From Eledone cirrhosa (lineage: Eukaryota), in assembly GCA_964016885.1 (NCBI GenBank), contig OZ024740.1:226796001-226860000 (forward strand): a stretch of 64,000 bases of DNA. The letters run 5' to 3'. Under the pieces are notes generated by a model. The model was not told where the DNA came from. It searched no databases and saw nothing but the letters and a program-made list of their open reading frames with translations. The translations under genes and the position numbers were made by a program. Positions 29,605-40,730 of this stretch are shown here, one piece after another. Numbering within the stretch: the first letter of the stretch is position 1; every line of letters begins with the position of its first letter.

Positions 29605-29827
29605 AGTGAATTCGTAGTATCGGTAGATGGTTGGATGCCATGCTTTGCAGCATAGAGTTACAGTACTTTACGGTTTGAGTTCAAATCCTGCTGAGGTTAA
29701 CTTTGCCTTTCATCCTTATGGGGTCGATAAAATAAAGTACCTGTCAGGCTCTGGGGTCGATTTAATCGACTTTCCCCTCCTCCAAATTTGCTGGCCTTGT
29801 GCCTATATAAGAAACCATTATTATTAT
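29605..29827 (+). mobile_element. tRNA-derived SINE (Meta/MESC-like centre), long-tail variant
   Basis: Same head and centre as 47662; 3' part matches 42948-43020. Confidence 0.8.
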
Positions 29828-31178
29828 AGAAATGAGTTGAACTGTTTCATTCTTAAATGCGGTCACCTCCCAACATACATCAACTATCTACCTATTATAT
29901 GTGTGTGTGTGTGTGTGTGTGTGTATGAATAAGCAACAGGCTTCTGATTTCACTTACAAGAGAGAGGGCTGTCCAAGGCTTTGTAAAAGACACTCAAGTT
30001 TTCACACAGTGGGATCAAACTTAAAACTGTCTGTACCTAGCCATGCTTTGTATTTTGTACTCTCAGTCAATGCCACTGGAAACCAGGAAATGCTTTGACG
30101 TAATGAGCCTCTAAGCTCTCAAAAGACTTTTATAATTTAATCTATTAGACTACTGTCTCAACCCCTGAAACACTCTTATTGCAATATAATTTTGCAATGA
30201 ATTAATTAATCAATTAATTCTGATTTAATTTCTCAATATATTTTCGAGAACAAAATTAGAAAATCTTTCTAAATAATTTTACTTCAGAAGAAAAATGTTT
30301 AAAAATTAAAAATTAAAAATTAAAGAAATTTATTTAACACCCTTTCATTGAGCAATCAATCAATTACAGTCTGTTGTACTATCCCTATGAAGGTAAAACT
30401 TTTTCAAGAATTGTATTTCAAACAAATATAAATTAAAAACTAACAATTAAATACATTTCAAATTGAGAAGTCATTTATTCATTAAAGTGAATTTTTTTAA
30501 TGTGTGTTAACGACACAATTATTCACCATCTAACTGTTGACACTACAAACTGCAGAGTTAAACACAGGAGATGTGAAACATTTAGATTAGCATAACTGTG
30601 TCTCTGTAATAAATGATATGAAACAAGTAAATAAATAACCAGGAATGAAAGTACAATAGAAGAATAGAAGGATAGTTTATTGCTATACATTAACAAAAAC
30701 TTTCCAATTTGGGCTAATAGCTGCTTTGCATTAGCCAATATTCTTCAGAAAACGACCAATTAATGTTCCCTCACATATTTTGGACAAATAAAAGAAGAAA
30801 AGCGAACTGTAAAAAAATCTAAGCAGAAGAGAATATACAATCAAATTTATGTCTCAATAATGTTTTATTTAAGGCAATAAAATAAAATAAAATAAGGTAT
30901 ATCTCCATAAACAATGATGAAAATACTTGCTCCACCCATTCCAAAAACTTTATAAGGTAAAATAAAAGATAAAGAGCTGTTTTGGAGACAAAGACTCTGA
31001 CAGTAAAGCAGCATGCCCATATATTATTGAACAATAGTACAACAGAGCAAAAAGGAAACCATGCCTTAGAAATCATTCTATCTCTTTTGTTTCATACTCA
31101 CATTCATAAATCTGTTTGCTTTCTTCTGTTTATTCCCTCCCCCTGTGTGAGAGAGTATGTATGCTTGCATATCTGTGT

Positions 31179-31256
<78 letters not shown>

Positions 31257-31269
31257 ACATATATACATC

Positions 31270-31595
31270 AATTCTCGGACCGGGTGATGTGTTGTTTCCT
31301 TGAGCAAGACACTTTATTTCACATTGCTCCAGTTTACTCAGCTGTAGAAATGAGATGATAGGACTGGGGTCCCTATCATTCCACTGCAAAGTGGTCGTGG
31401 AGGTGCCACAGCAAAAAAGCACCCAGCACTCACTGTAAATGAGGTTGGTGTTAGGAAGGGCATCCAGCTGTAGAAATCAAGCCAGAACCGGTTACCGTAT
31501 GAGCAAGACAAGGTCAGCCGACCAGACACTGCCCACAACAGGACAACCCATCTAACCCATGCTAGCGTGGAAGAACAGACGTAAAAAACGGTGAT
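31270..31595 (+). mobile_element. CORE-type SINE with RTE-derived tail
   Basis: CORE-like ttccttgagcaagacactttatttcacattgctccag, then ggtgttaggaagggcatccagctgtagaaa...gcgtggaagaacagacgtaaaa shared with the RTE 3'UTR. Confidence 0.75.
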
Positions 31596-31682
31596 ACACT
31601 TTTACTTATTTCAGCTATCCGGCTGAGTCCATGCTGGGGCACCGCCCTTGATGTATATATATTTATATATATGTGTATATAT

Positions 31683-31757
<75 letters not shown>

Positions 31758-31760
<3 letters not shown>

Positions 31761-32000
31761 TAGAAGGCATATTCAATTTGTTGGTAATTCAACAAATATA
31801 AATGTTTATAACTGATTCAGAGCACTCGACTATCCAAGGAAAACTTGAACCGTTAAGGTATATTCTCCTTGGTTATGTCAAAATTTATGAAACACACTTC
31901 GTATTTTATCTGATGATAGCGTACCAAAATGTTGGTACCCTTGAAATATATATAATAGAATAAATATGGTTTTATAAATATAGTTTCCATTTATTTAATA

Positions 32001-32001
<1 letters not shown>
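31758..32001 (+). mobile_element. PLE-like fold-back remnant (family B): inverted tail plus tail-less pLTR
   Basis: Homologous to 34374-34595 and 39093-39535. Left flank is (TA)n; right flank is (TC)n then (TA)n. Confidence 0.7.
31902..31962 (+). ncRNA. type I hammerhead ribozyme (family B)
   Basis: Stem I TATTTTAT/ATAGAATA; CTGATGA; stem II GTACCAA/TTGGTAC; GAA; palindromic stem III ATATATAT; AUA triplet, predicted cut after 31954. Confidence 0.75.
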
Positions 32002-32051
<50 letters not shown>

Positions 32052-32559
32052 GTATATATATATGTGTCTGTGTGTGTCTGTGTGTCTGTTTGTATGTATG
32101 TCATCACCCCCATCATTGTTTAAGATATGTTTTCCCTGCTAGCAATTATGTATGTTTGTATGTACATATGTATGAATGTTTATGTTTGTATATATGTTTG
32201 TATACAAAATGATATAGAATATGATAAAAGCTATGAGCTAAAAGTACAATGTAGATGAAGAGGTTTGTTACAATATATCACTTTATATGCAGATATGACC
32301 AGGTTTATGCAGGGAGTTTGTTAGAGGTATAAATGGGATTTAAAAGTGTTTTATTATGAAAATAAATAAATGCTAAAACAAATATAGAAGTATGAAAACT
32401 ATAGGAAAAATAAAAATAGATCTTAGATAAGTATGATAAATAACCTTTTAAGGTTGAGTAGGCAAGATGCCTCTTTTCTAAATATACTCTATATATGCAT
32501 AAGTAATATATATGTAAGGCATACAATAGCTGATCTAAAATGATATGTATATATATATA

Positions 32560-32649
32560 CAAGGTTTTCCCCAAAAATGTATACATACTTTGATTACCTG
32601 TACAGGCAATATTTATTAGAATAGTTTATACATTTTTGGGGACACTGTG
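32560..32649. mobile_element. Tc1/mariner-type MITE remnant
   Basis: TIRs ccccaaaaatgtata / tatacatttttgggg, flanked by TA. Confidence 0.6.
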
Positions 32650-32802
32650 TATATATATATGTTTGTGTGTATGTGTGTGCATATGTATATATATGCAAAA
32701 AAAAAAGATATAACACAGGGCAAATAATGCAAGTGCACATTGATTTCACAGAAAATTGAGTATCTAGTTTTCTATGAATTTATTTTCATTCACACATGCA
32801 CG

Positions 32803-32864
<62 letters not shown>

Positions 32865-34075
32865 TATACACACACATGATGATGGCCTGCAAACTCATGC
32901 TAAGAGTATTGCAATTGCTTGTCAGATTCACATGTGTGATGCTCAGATGTGGCTTTTCAAGCCTGCTATAGACTTGCACTCCTTCACACATTGATGACAA
33001 CTAGGGATCGCCCTGGTCTAAGGTCTTGCATGAGGTTGCCTGTGAACCTTCACATGCCACTTAGCCCTGCCACAGATATACATACATACATACATACATA
33101 CATACATACATACATACATACATACATACATACATACATACATACATAAATATATATGTACATACATATAAGAAAAAAAAGTTTAAAATGCAATTGGAGT
33201 CTTCCAATAATTAATAACTTAACTGGTTTCACAAGTTTCATGATTTTCGAAAATGAAGAGAGATGGAGAGATGTATGGCTGAGCCAACTTCTGCATACAA
33301 AGCATTGTCAATGTGTTTCATATTTTTCTACTGCATTGTACTGGCTTTTTGAAAATTATCGGTCTTTTATTACTAACACACACATGGACACACACACACA
33401 TATATACACACACACACACATGCACTCACACACACATGCACTCACACACATGCACACACACATACACACATATGCACACACACTCACACACATACATATA
33501 TCTATATATATTTAATGCAATCACAAAAATTCTTTTGTTTCTCCAATAAACCATCATGATCATGATATAGATATTTCTTATATTTTCATCTAAAACATCC
33601 TCATAAATATCTCAAAATGAATGTAATTCATTCAAAATATTGGGAACAACATAATTCTACAATCTGTATTCCAGAAATATTTCCAAGTTATTAAAAAATA
33701 ACTGAATATTACTTTATTTCGGCAAACCTTTTTTTGATGTGTTTCTTTTACATTTTTATTTCGATATATTTATTTCTTTGTTTGTTTATTTATATATTTA
33801 TTTTGCAAGTATATTTTAATTTGCTCCAGTTGTTCTATTCATCTCAGGAGGATGATAGCAGAATCAGTGTTTGTGAAATTCCAATACACAAGCACATGTA
33901 TGAAATCTTTAAACTAAATATTAGAAAACATTTAACCTATTGCTCAAATATGTTAGCTATATTTATCAATTATACTTACAGCTCTGTTTTCAAAGACATT
34001 CAAATACGTGCAACATTAATTCTGCTTTCTATCTTCTCTCTCACTTGTTATATTTCTTTCTTCTTTCTCCCCTCA

Positions 34076-34155
<80 letters not shown>

Positions 34156-34162
<7 letters not shown>

Positions 34163-34353
34163 ATATAGAAATGGCTTCTACAGGACTAGAACTGTTTCAT
34201 TCAGGAGAAATCATCAGGGCTTCCTGATGATTTCTCCTGAATGAAACAGTTCTAGTCCTGTAGAAGCCATTTCTATATTAAATATTTATACTTTGCTATG
34301 TATTGAGTACCTTACTTACTGTAGTTACCCCCGATTGAACGCGGGATGAACTT
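34156..34353 (+). mobile_element. PLE-like fold-back element (family A): 63-bp perfect hairpin plus 3' tail
   Basis: Arms 34156-34218 and 34223-34285 are exact reverse complements. The right arm continues into a ~68-bp tail that ends in (TA)n. Confidence 0.8.
34218..34268 (+). ncRNA. type I hammerhead ribozyme (family A)
   Basis: Stem I GGCTTC/GAAGCC; CTGATGA; stem II TTC-tcct-GAA; GAA; stem III ACAG/CTGT; GUA triplet, predicted cut after 34262. Confidence 0.85.
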
Positions 34354-34373
34354 ATATATATATATATGTATAT

Positions 34374-34595
34374 GCAGAGGTTATATTTAATTTGTTGGGA
34401 TTCAACAATCTTAAAAATCCAGGAAGCTTCAACCGTTAAGGTTGTCTTTTTTCCGGGTATGTCAATATTTATTTATAAAACAAATCTGTATTTTATCTGA
34501 TGAAAGCGCACCATAATTTGCCTTGGTTGTCCTTGAAATATATATAATAAAATAATTATGGTTTTATAAATATAGTTTCCATTTATTAATATATT
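34374..34595 (+). mobile_element. PLE-like fold-back remnant (family B)
   Basis: Homologous to 31758-32001 and 39093-39535. Confidence 0.7.
34489..34554 (+). ncRNA. type I hammerhead ribozyme (family B)
   Basis: Stem I TATTTTAT/ATAAAATA; CTGATGA; stem II AAG..ACCA/TGGT..CTT; GAA; ATATATAT; predicted cut after 34546. Confidence 0.75.
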
Positions 34596-34659
34596 GTATA
34601 TATATGTATATATGTTTGTTATATTTGAGGAGGGTTATATTGTAATAATATTGCCAGAA

Positions 34660-34843
34660 ATAATAATTGTTTCTACTTTTGGTACAAGGCCAGCAATTAC
34701 CCAGTACATTACTGGTACTTTATTTTATCGACCCCGTAAGGATAAAAGGCAAAGTTAACCTCAGCGGGATTTGAACTCAGACTGTAAAGGGACGTAACTA
34801 TGCTAGAAAGCATGGTGTCCAACCCCCTACCGATACTGCCAAT
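34660..34843 (-). mobile_element. tRNA-derived SINE (Meta/MESC-like centre)
   Basis: Reverse complement of the 47662-47850 family. Confidence 0.85.
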
Positions 34844-36139
34844 GAGTGTGTTTTATTATTATTTCTGGCAATATTATAACAATATGACCCTCCCCAAGTA
34901 TAACAATATTTGTTTCAACACACGATTTCATATTAAAAAAACCATGCAAAACAAATATATATGTATGTATATATATATATATATATATTTCTTTTATTAG
35001 TTTCAGTCATTAAATTGTTTACCTTGCTGGGGCATATGGGTTTAGTCAAATATATATTTACACACATACACTCACACATATATATATATACCCTAGTACT
35101 TGTAGGTGGGTATTCATTTTTATCAGGCCCAAGCTCAGGAGAAAATTTAAAGTTTGAACTTAGAAAACATATATATTCAGTAATTTCATTGTTTTATGTC
35201 CCATTTTCGATACTAGCATATGGGTTGGATGAGGCACATAAATAATATTTATGTTTCTCTTTTTCTCTCTCACTTCTCTCTCTTTCCCTCTCTCTCACCT
35301 CTCTCTTTCTCTCTCTCTCTGATTGTATATATTTATGTGTATGTTTGTGAGTGATTATATATATATACACACACACACATATATATATATACACACACAT
35401 ACACACAGTTACACACACACTTATACACACATATATACACATACACATGTATTTCATTGTCTACTAATTCCTACTTTTTGACTGCAACTTTCAGCACTCC
35501 TTTAGAGTTGCTAACGTGATTTTCTTTATTACATTTCATCAATCATTAGCCTTTCTTTAACCTGATTTCATTCCTTAATTATATCCATCCCCATTTTCCT
35601 TTTAAGATATCTGAAGGAAGCATACAGTGAAAAAGCTCTCAGTTTTTCCCCAGATTTTTAAAACAGCGAAGAAATTAACTTATGCAAAACTTATTATTAT
35701 TATAGTCTCAGAAGAAAATTTAATTTTCTTATTTTCAATAAAGGTCAACCATACAGCAGAAGAAATAAATTGGGTCAGAATTTAGAAGATGTAGAAATTC
35801 ATGTTTAGAAAGATTTCATAGTACTTAATCATGATAAATTGCACAAGTCTTTTTGTTTTAATATATTTCTGTTTTTCTTTTGTTTTCTATTTTTTGTTGT
35901 TTTGTTCTTGTAATTTGTTATTGAAATATAATTTGTTAATAGATTTTTAAAAATCAGTAAAATAGTTTTAAAACCATAAAATGTTCACTATTAAATCTGT
36001 GAGCCAGAATTTTCTTTTTGTGATTGAACCCCAGTATGGCCGAGCCCACTGGGTGGAATCAACAAAAAAGAATAAGTGTAGTGCATAAATATGGCACTAC
36101 AAGAAGTGGAAACAGTTTTAAAACATTTCTTGCCTTCTT

Positions 36140-36430
36140 TCTTTTATGCCTTGTCACCAAAGGTCATCTCCTCAGTGAGTTTCAGCGATCTGAGGTCTGC
36201 TCTCACTATCTCCGCCCATGTTTTTCGTGGTCTGCCACTACTACATCTTCCCTCCACTGGGAGTTCTTGGCACTTCTTCACCCAGCGGTTATCCTCCATG
36301 TGCATCACATGACCATACCATCTCAGCCTGCACACCACAACTTATCCCTCTTATAGCCAGTTTCTTTCTCAACTCATCTATGCTTGGTCGTCCACGCACA
36401 TTGACATTGCACATCAAATGGAGCATACTC
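36140..36430 (-). pseudogene. older, frameshifted RTE LINE ORF C-terminal fragment
   Basis: MLHLMCNVN...ELRKKLAIRGI and [11 protein letters not shown]...GRPRKTW occur in two frames. Confidence 0.85.
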
Positions 36431-36828
36431 TTAGTACCCGCCAAGACAGAACATATGACCATGCCATGCTCATACATTCTATTTTTGTTATGGTTTCTAC
36501 AACAGCAGCAACCATTTTATAATGGCACCAACACAAGGGTGATTGTCATACCCTCAGTCACATTAAAGAGTCCATTCAGCCCTAGAGTTGGCTTTGCTTA
36601 GTTTTAGATATTCAATTATATTTTTTATCAATCTTAGTTCAATATTAATGATTTATTTATTTTAAGGCAGAGAAATATTTCATATTTATTGATAAAATAG
36701 ATACATGTTTAATCTCATCTGATAACATTTGATCAATTGAATAAAATTTTATTATTGATTTTAGTTATAGAAGAAAATAACAATTGTAATATTAGAGCAA
36801 CTCAATAGAATATAATAAACAATGGTTG

Positions 36829-37067
36829 TTAACCCTTTTATGACTGCATTTCTAATGAAATACACTCTATTTCAATTAATTAATGAACAATTTTGAGGGA
36901 TTTACTAAAATTATTAATTATTTCTTTTCTAAGATAGTAACTTAATGTAAGGTTCTTATATAAATTTATATTGGAAGATTTTACTTTAAATTAGAAACCT
37001 TTAAGATGGGTGGTTTTATTTTATAGAAACTGAGCCAGTTTTGGCTTGGTTGGTAACTAAATGGTTA
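36829..37067. mobile_element. TTAA-flanked (piggyBac-like) MITE
   Basis: ttaaccctttt...ggtaactaaatggttaa. Body is homologous to 58757-58992 and, in reverse, to about 45880-46122. Confidence 0.7.
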
Positions 37068-38279
37068 AATAGAATGTATTTGCATATACACCATAATATT
37101 TATCTGGAATATCTTTTAGAAAGTAGGCTTAAGTAACCATGTTATATGTAACAGTTTTCATAAGACTCAGTTGTGGTGTGTAAAGTGATGTGTGAGAACA
37201 ATAATTTTCCTATCTGAAACACACTTTTCATATGACTCTGTTGTGCTGTGTAAAATGATGCATGAGACCAATAATTTTCCTATCTGATATCCTTGAAACT
37301 GGTGTATTTGGTGAGAATATAATCTCTTTACATTTAACTTACTAAATTTGTTGTGTTTCTTTTGTTTCTGTATTCTTAAGTGTAACTATATAACTTGAAT
37401 TACATCAGTAAAGCTAATATCCTTTAGGAGCCATTCCATCCTCTTCTTGATTATATGGTTTCAATGAGCTGTATCTTGTACATATTTAATAGATAATGTC
37501 TATAGCCCCTATATTCTGGTACTTCCATCATCATCAACACAATTGATATTCAAGTAAGAGATTTAATATTAGGTTTTGTCTTCAATGATCTGTCAATCCA
37601 TTACATATTGTAAGGAATGTTCATTTCCTACATTTGTAAGTGACAAGAGGCTTGGATTAAAAGATAAGCTTCTGCCAGAATGAATCTGTAATGGAATTTT
37701 GATTTCCCTCTGTCATTATGAGCCTTCAGAAGAGCTTGAACATCACAATTCACATAACTTTATCCATATAGTCAATAGAGCTGTCATACTACAGATAGAT
37801 ACTTCTGATCAGAAGTGAAACAATACACTTTTTCACATTAGTGTGTGGGACAAATGGAATCTTTATCTGAATCTTATATACATTTATTTCTAAATGACGT
37901 TACAATTTATAAGATACTGTAATAAGCATTACAATGTTCCAGCTTTCCATCCTATGACAATTTGGTTATGGAATGGAAGAAAAACATACATAATTCATGT
38001 ATAAGGTTCCAACTGCTCTAAGACAATATAATATGCTTCCATAGCACAAGTCTATGTGGGTGATTATTGATATGCAGAAGCAACTGCAGTAAATAATACA
38101 TCTGGTGAAAATTTGACCCACAAGTCCAAGTAGAATTATGTGCTTTGCCTAAGGTTACAATGCAAGACAACTAGCAGAATATAAACTGACAGTTCTTATG
38201 CCAAGAGTTCAGTTTCTTAGCGACCTAAACATTTAAACATACATATGCATATGAAGGTGCTTGCATACATATATGTACA

Positions 38280-38347
<68 letters not shown>

Positions 38348-38623
38348 CCCATACACACACACAAACACACACACACTCACACACATGGAGAGAATGAAGA
38401 ACAGAAGACAGGAATCTTGTATGTAAATGCAAATACATAATTATTAGTGCACACAATGAAGATACATATGCACACATATACACACAGACACACACACATA
38501 CACACAGACACATACACACACACAACAGCATACATATTTGCCTATACATGTATGTATGTCCTCATGTATAAGTGTTTACATATATACTTTATTAATCTCT
38601 ATGCATATATGCATAATATTTAT

Positions 38624-38667
<44 letters not shown>

Positions 38668-38945
38668 ATCATCATCATCATCATCATCATCATCGTTTAA
38701 CGTCCATGTTCCACGCTTGCATGGGTTTGGACGGGAGTTTTCCCACTTGAGGCAAGAGTGGTTGTCTTGCTCGCATAGGACTGTCTGGCGGGTTTTCTAC
38801 AGCTGGATGCCCTTCCTAACACCAACCACATTTAGAGTGTGGGGCTGGGAGGTTTTTACCGTGTTGTCTACACGGCCACATTACAGCGTGGACTGTGTGT
38901 TTTTTGTCGTGACACCTACACGATCTCATTTGTTTTGGCCTGGAT
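38668..38945 (-). mobile_element. RTE LINE 3'UTR fragment
   Basis: Matches the distal 3'UTR of the RTE at 26955 and carries the (GAT)n tail. Confidence 0.85.
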
Positions 38946-38967
38946 GTTGTATATATGTATATACATA

Positions 38968-39023
<56 letters not shown>

Positions 39024-39037
39024 ATACAAATGATATA

Positions 39038-39095
<58 letters not shown>

Positions 39096-39222
39096 AAAGT
39101 TCTATTTAAATTGTTGGGATACAACAAGCAAATATTTTTATAACTGATATAAAGCACTCGACAAGTATTTGGAGTAGATATACGATATTAACAAATGGAA
39201 ACTATATTTATAAAACCATATT

Positions 39223-39287
39223 TATTTCATTATACATATTTCAAGGATACCAAGTTAAATTATGGTATGCCTTCATCAGACAAAATA
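39223..39287 (-). ncRNA. type I hammerhead ribozyme (family B), inverted copy
   Basis: Reverse complement of 39426-39490. Confidence 0.72.
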
Positions 39288-39425
39288 CAATATATACCAG
39301 TTTTATAAATAAACATTGACGTACCCTTTCAAAATGCAACCGTTACTTTTGGAAGACCTTCTAAAAGTAATGGTTGCATTTTAAAAGGGTACGTCAATGT
39401 TTATTTATAAAACTGGTATATATTG

Positions 39426-39490
39426 TATTTTGTCTGATGAAGGCATACCATAATTTAACTTGGTATCCTTGAAATATGTATAATGAAATA
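39426..39490 (+). ncRNA. type I hammerhead ribozyme (family B)
   Basis: Stem I TATTTTGT/ATGAAATA; CTGATGA; stem II AGG-c-ATACCA/TGGTAT-c-CTT; GAA; ATATGTAT; predicted cut after 39482. Confidence 0.75.
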
Positions 39491-39530
39491 AATATGGTTT
39501 TATAAATATAATTTCCATTTGTTAATATCG

Positions 39531-39567
<37 letters not shown>

Positions 39568-39630
39568 ATATACATATGATATATATATACTTGTATGTGT
39601 GTACATATGATATATATGTATGTACATATG

Positions 39631-39709
<79 letters not shown>

Positions 39710-40239
39710 TACACATATATACATGTACATATGTTTGCATGCAGATGTGTATTTTAACTCACTCGCATATATACATATATGACGCATCAAATATATCTAA
39801 ATCAAAAGATATAAGAAAAAATAGTAATCAGTAAGAAAACGGATCGACTGGTAAATTCAAAGAAATATGCCTAAAAACATTTTACATGCATAACTCTCAT
39901 AGAATTCTATGAATGTGCATACATAATTGTATCTACATCAATGTGTATGTGTAACTCTGCCAATTCAGTACAGGCAAAGTTCACTCCTTAATCAAGAGGG
40001 ATTTTTAGCTATTCACTGTGGTTGGGAAAAGATTCAATGGAATTTCTAGTATATTTCTATTTTGCTACTTTTTTTTTTTTTGACACATTTTATATTTAAT
40101 TAAGAACGGGCATAAAATGGAATAAATTCAAACAGAAAATTTTATTATATAAACATTTCTCATGAAATATATGAAACTAAAAAGTAAACAGCAATGTCGA
40201 CAACTAAAACAATAAACAATAATAATATCAATAATAATG

Positions 40240-40317
<78 letters not shown>

Positions 40318-40648
40318 TTGATAATAGTATAATAAAATTCCAGAAGGCCTTAGGAAAATAGTTTATGTTTCTAAAACAATGAGAGAAAACAGAAGAAGGT
40401 GCAAAGAAGAAAGAAAATTAAAAAACTAAACAATAATAGATGAAGAATTCAGAAATAGGTGTTATTATAAGATTGGCTTAAAGAATTCCAGTTTAGTCTT
40501 TATGTATCAGCCAGCACTAGAAAATATTGTTGTAGTCAAGTAACACATAGCTGTATGTCATGAAGAAAAGCTCTTTAGACTTTCAAAGGATGTGTATGTA
40601 GAAATATAAAGAATGACAAGTAAAATGGCAGAAAAATACTTTAAAATA

Positions 40649-40679
<31 letters not shown>

Positions 40680-40730
40680 AATAATGATAATGATAATAAT
40701 TTTTATTATAATAATAATAATAATAATAAT

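Larger units (their letters stand above)
39093..39535. mobile_element. PLE-like fold-back element (family B): ~178-bp arms plus tail
   Basis: Arms 39178-39355 and 39358-39535 (about 4 mismatches seen, no indel). The minus-strand copy extends into an ~85-bp tail. (TA)n on both sides. Confidence 0.82.

Noticed and set aside
34173-34223. Minus-strand hammerhead in the left arm of the family A hairpin
   Set aside because: The core is present, but the stem I 5' strand is not complementary, so it is not a complete ribozyme.
37155-37290. ~70-bp two-copy tandem duplication
   Set aside because: An ordinary diverged local duplication with no further structure.
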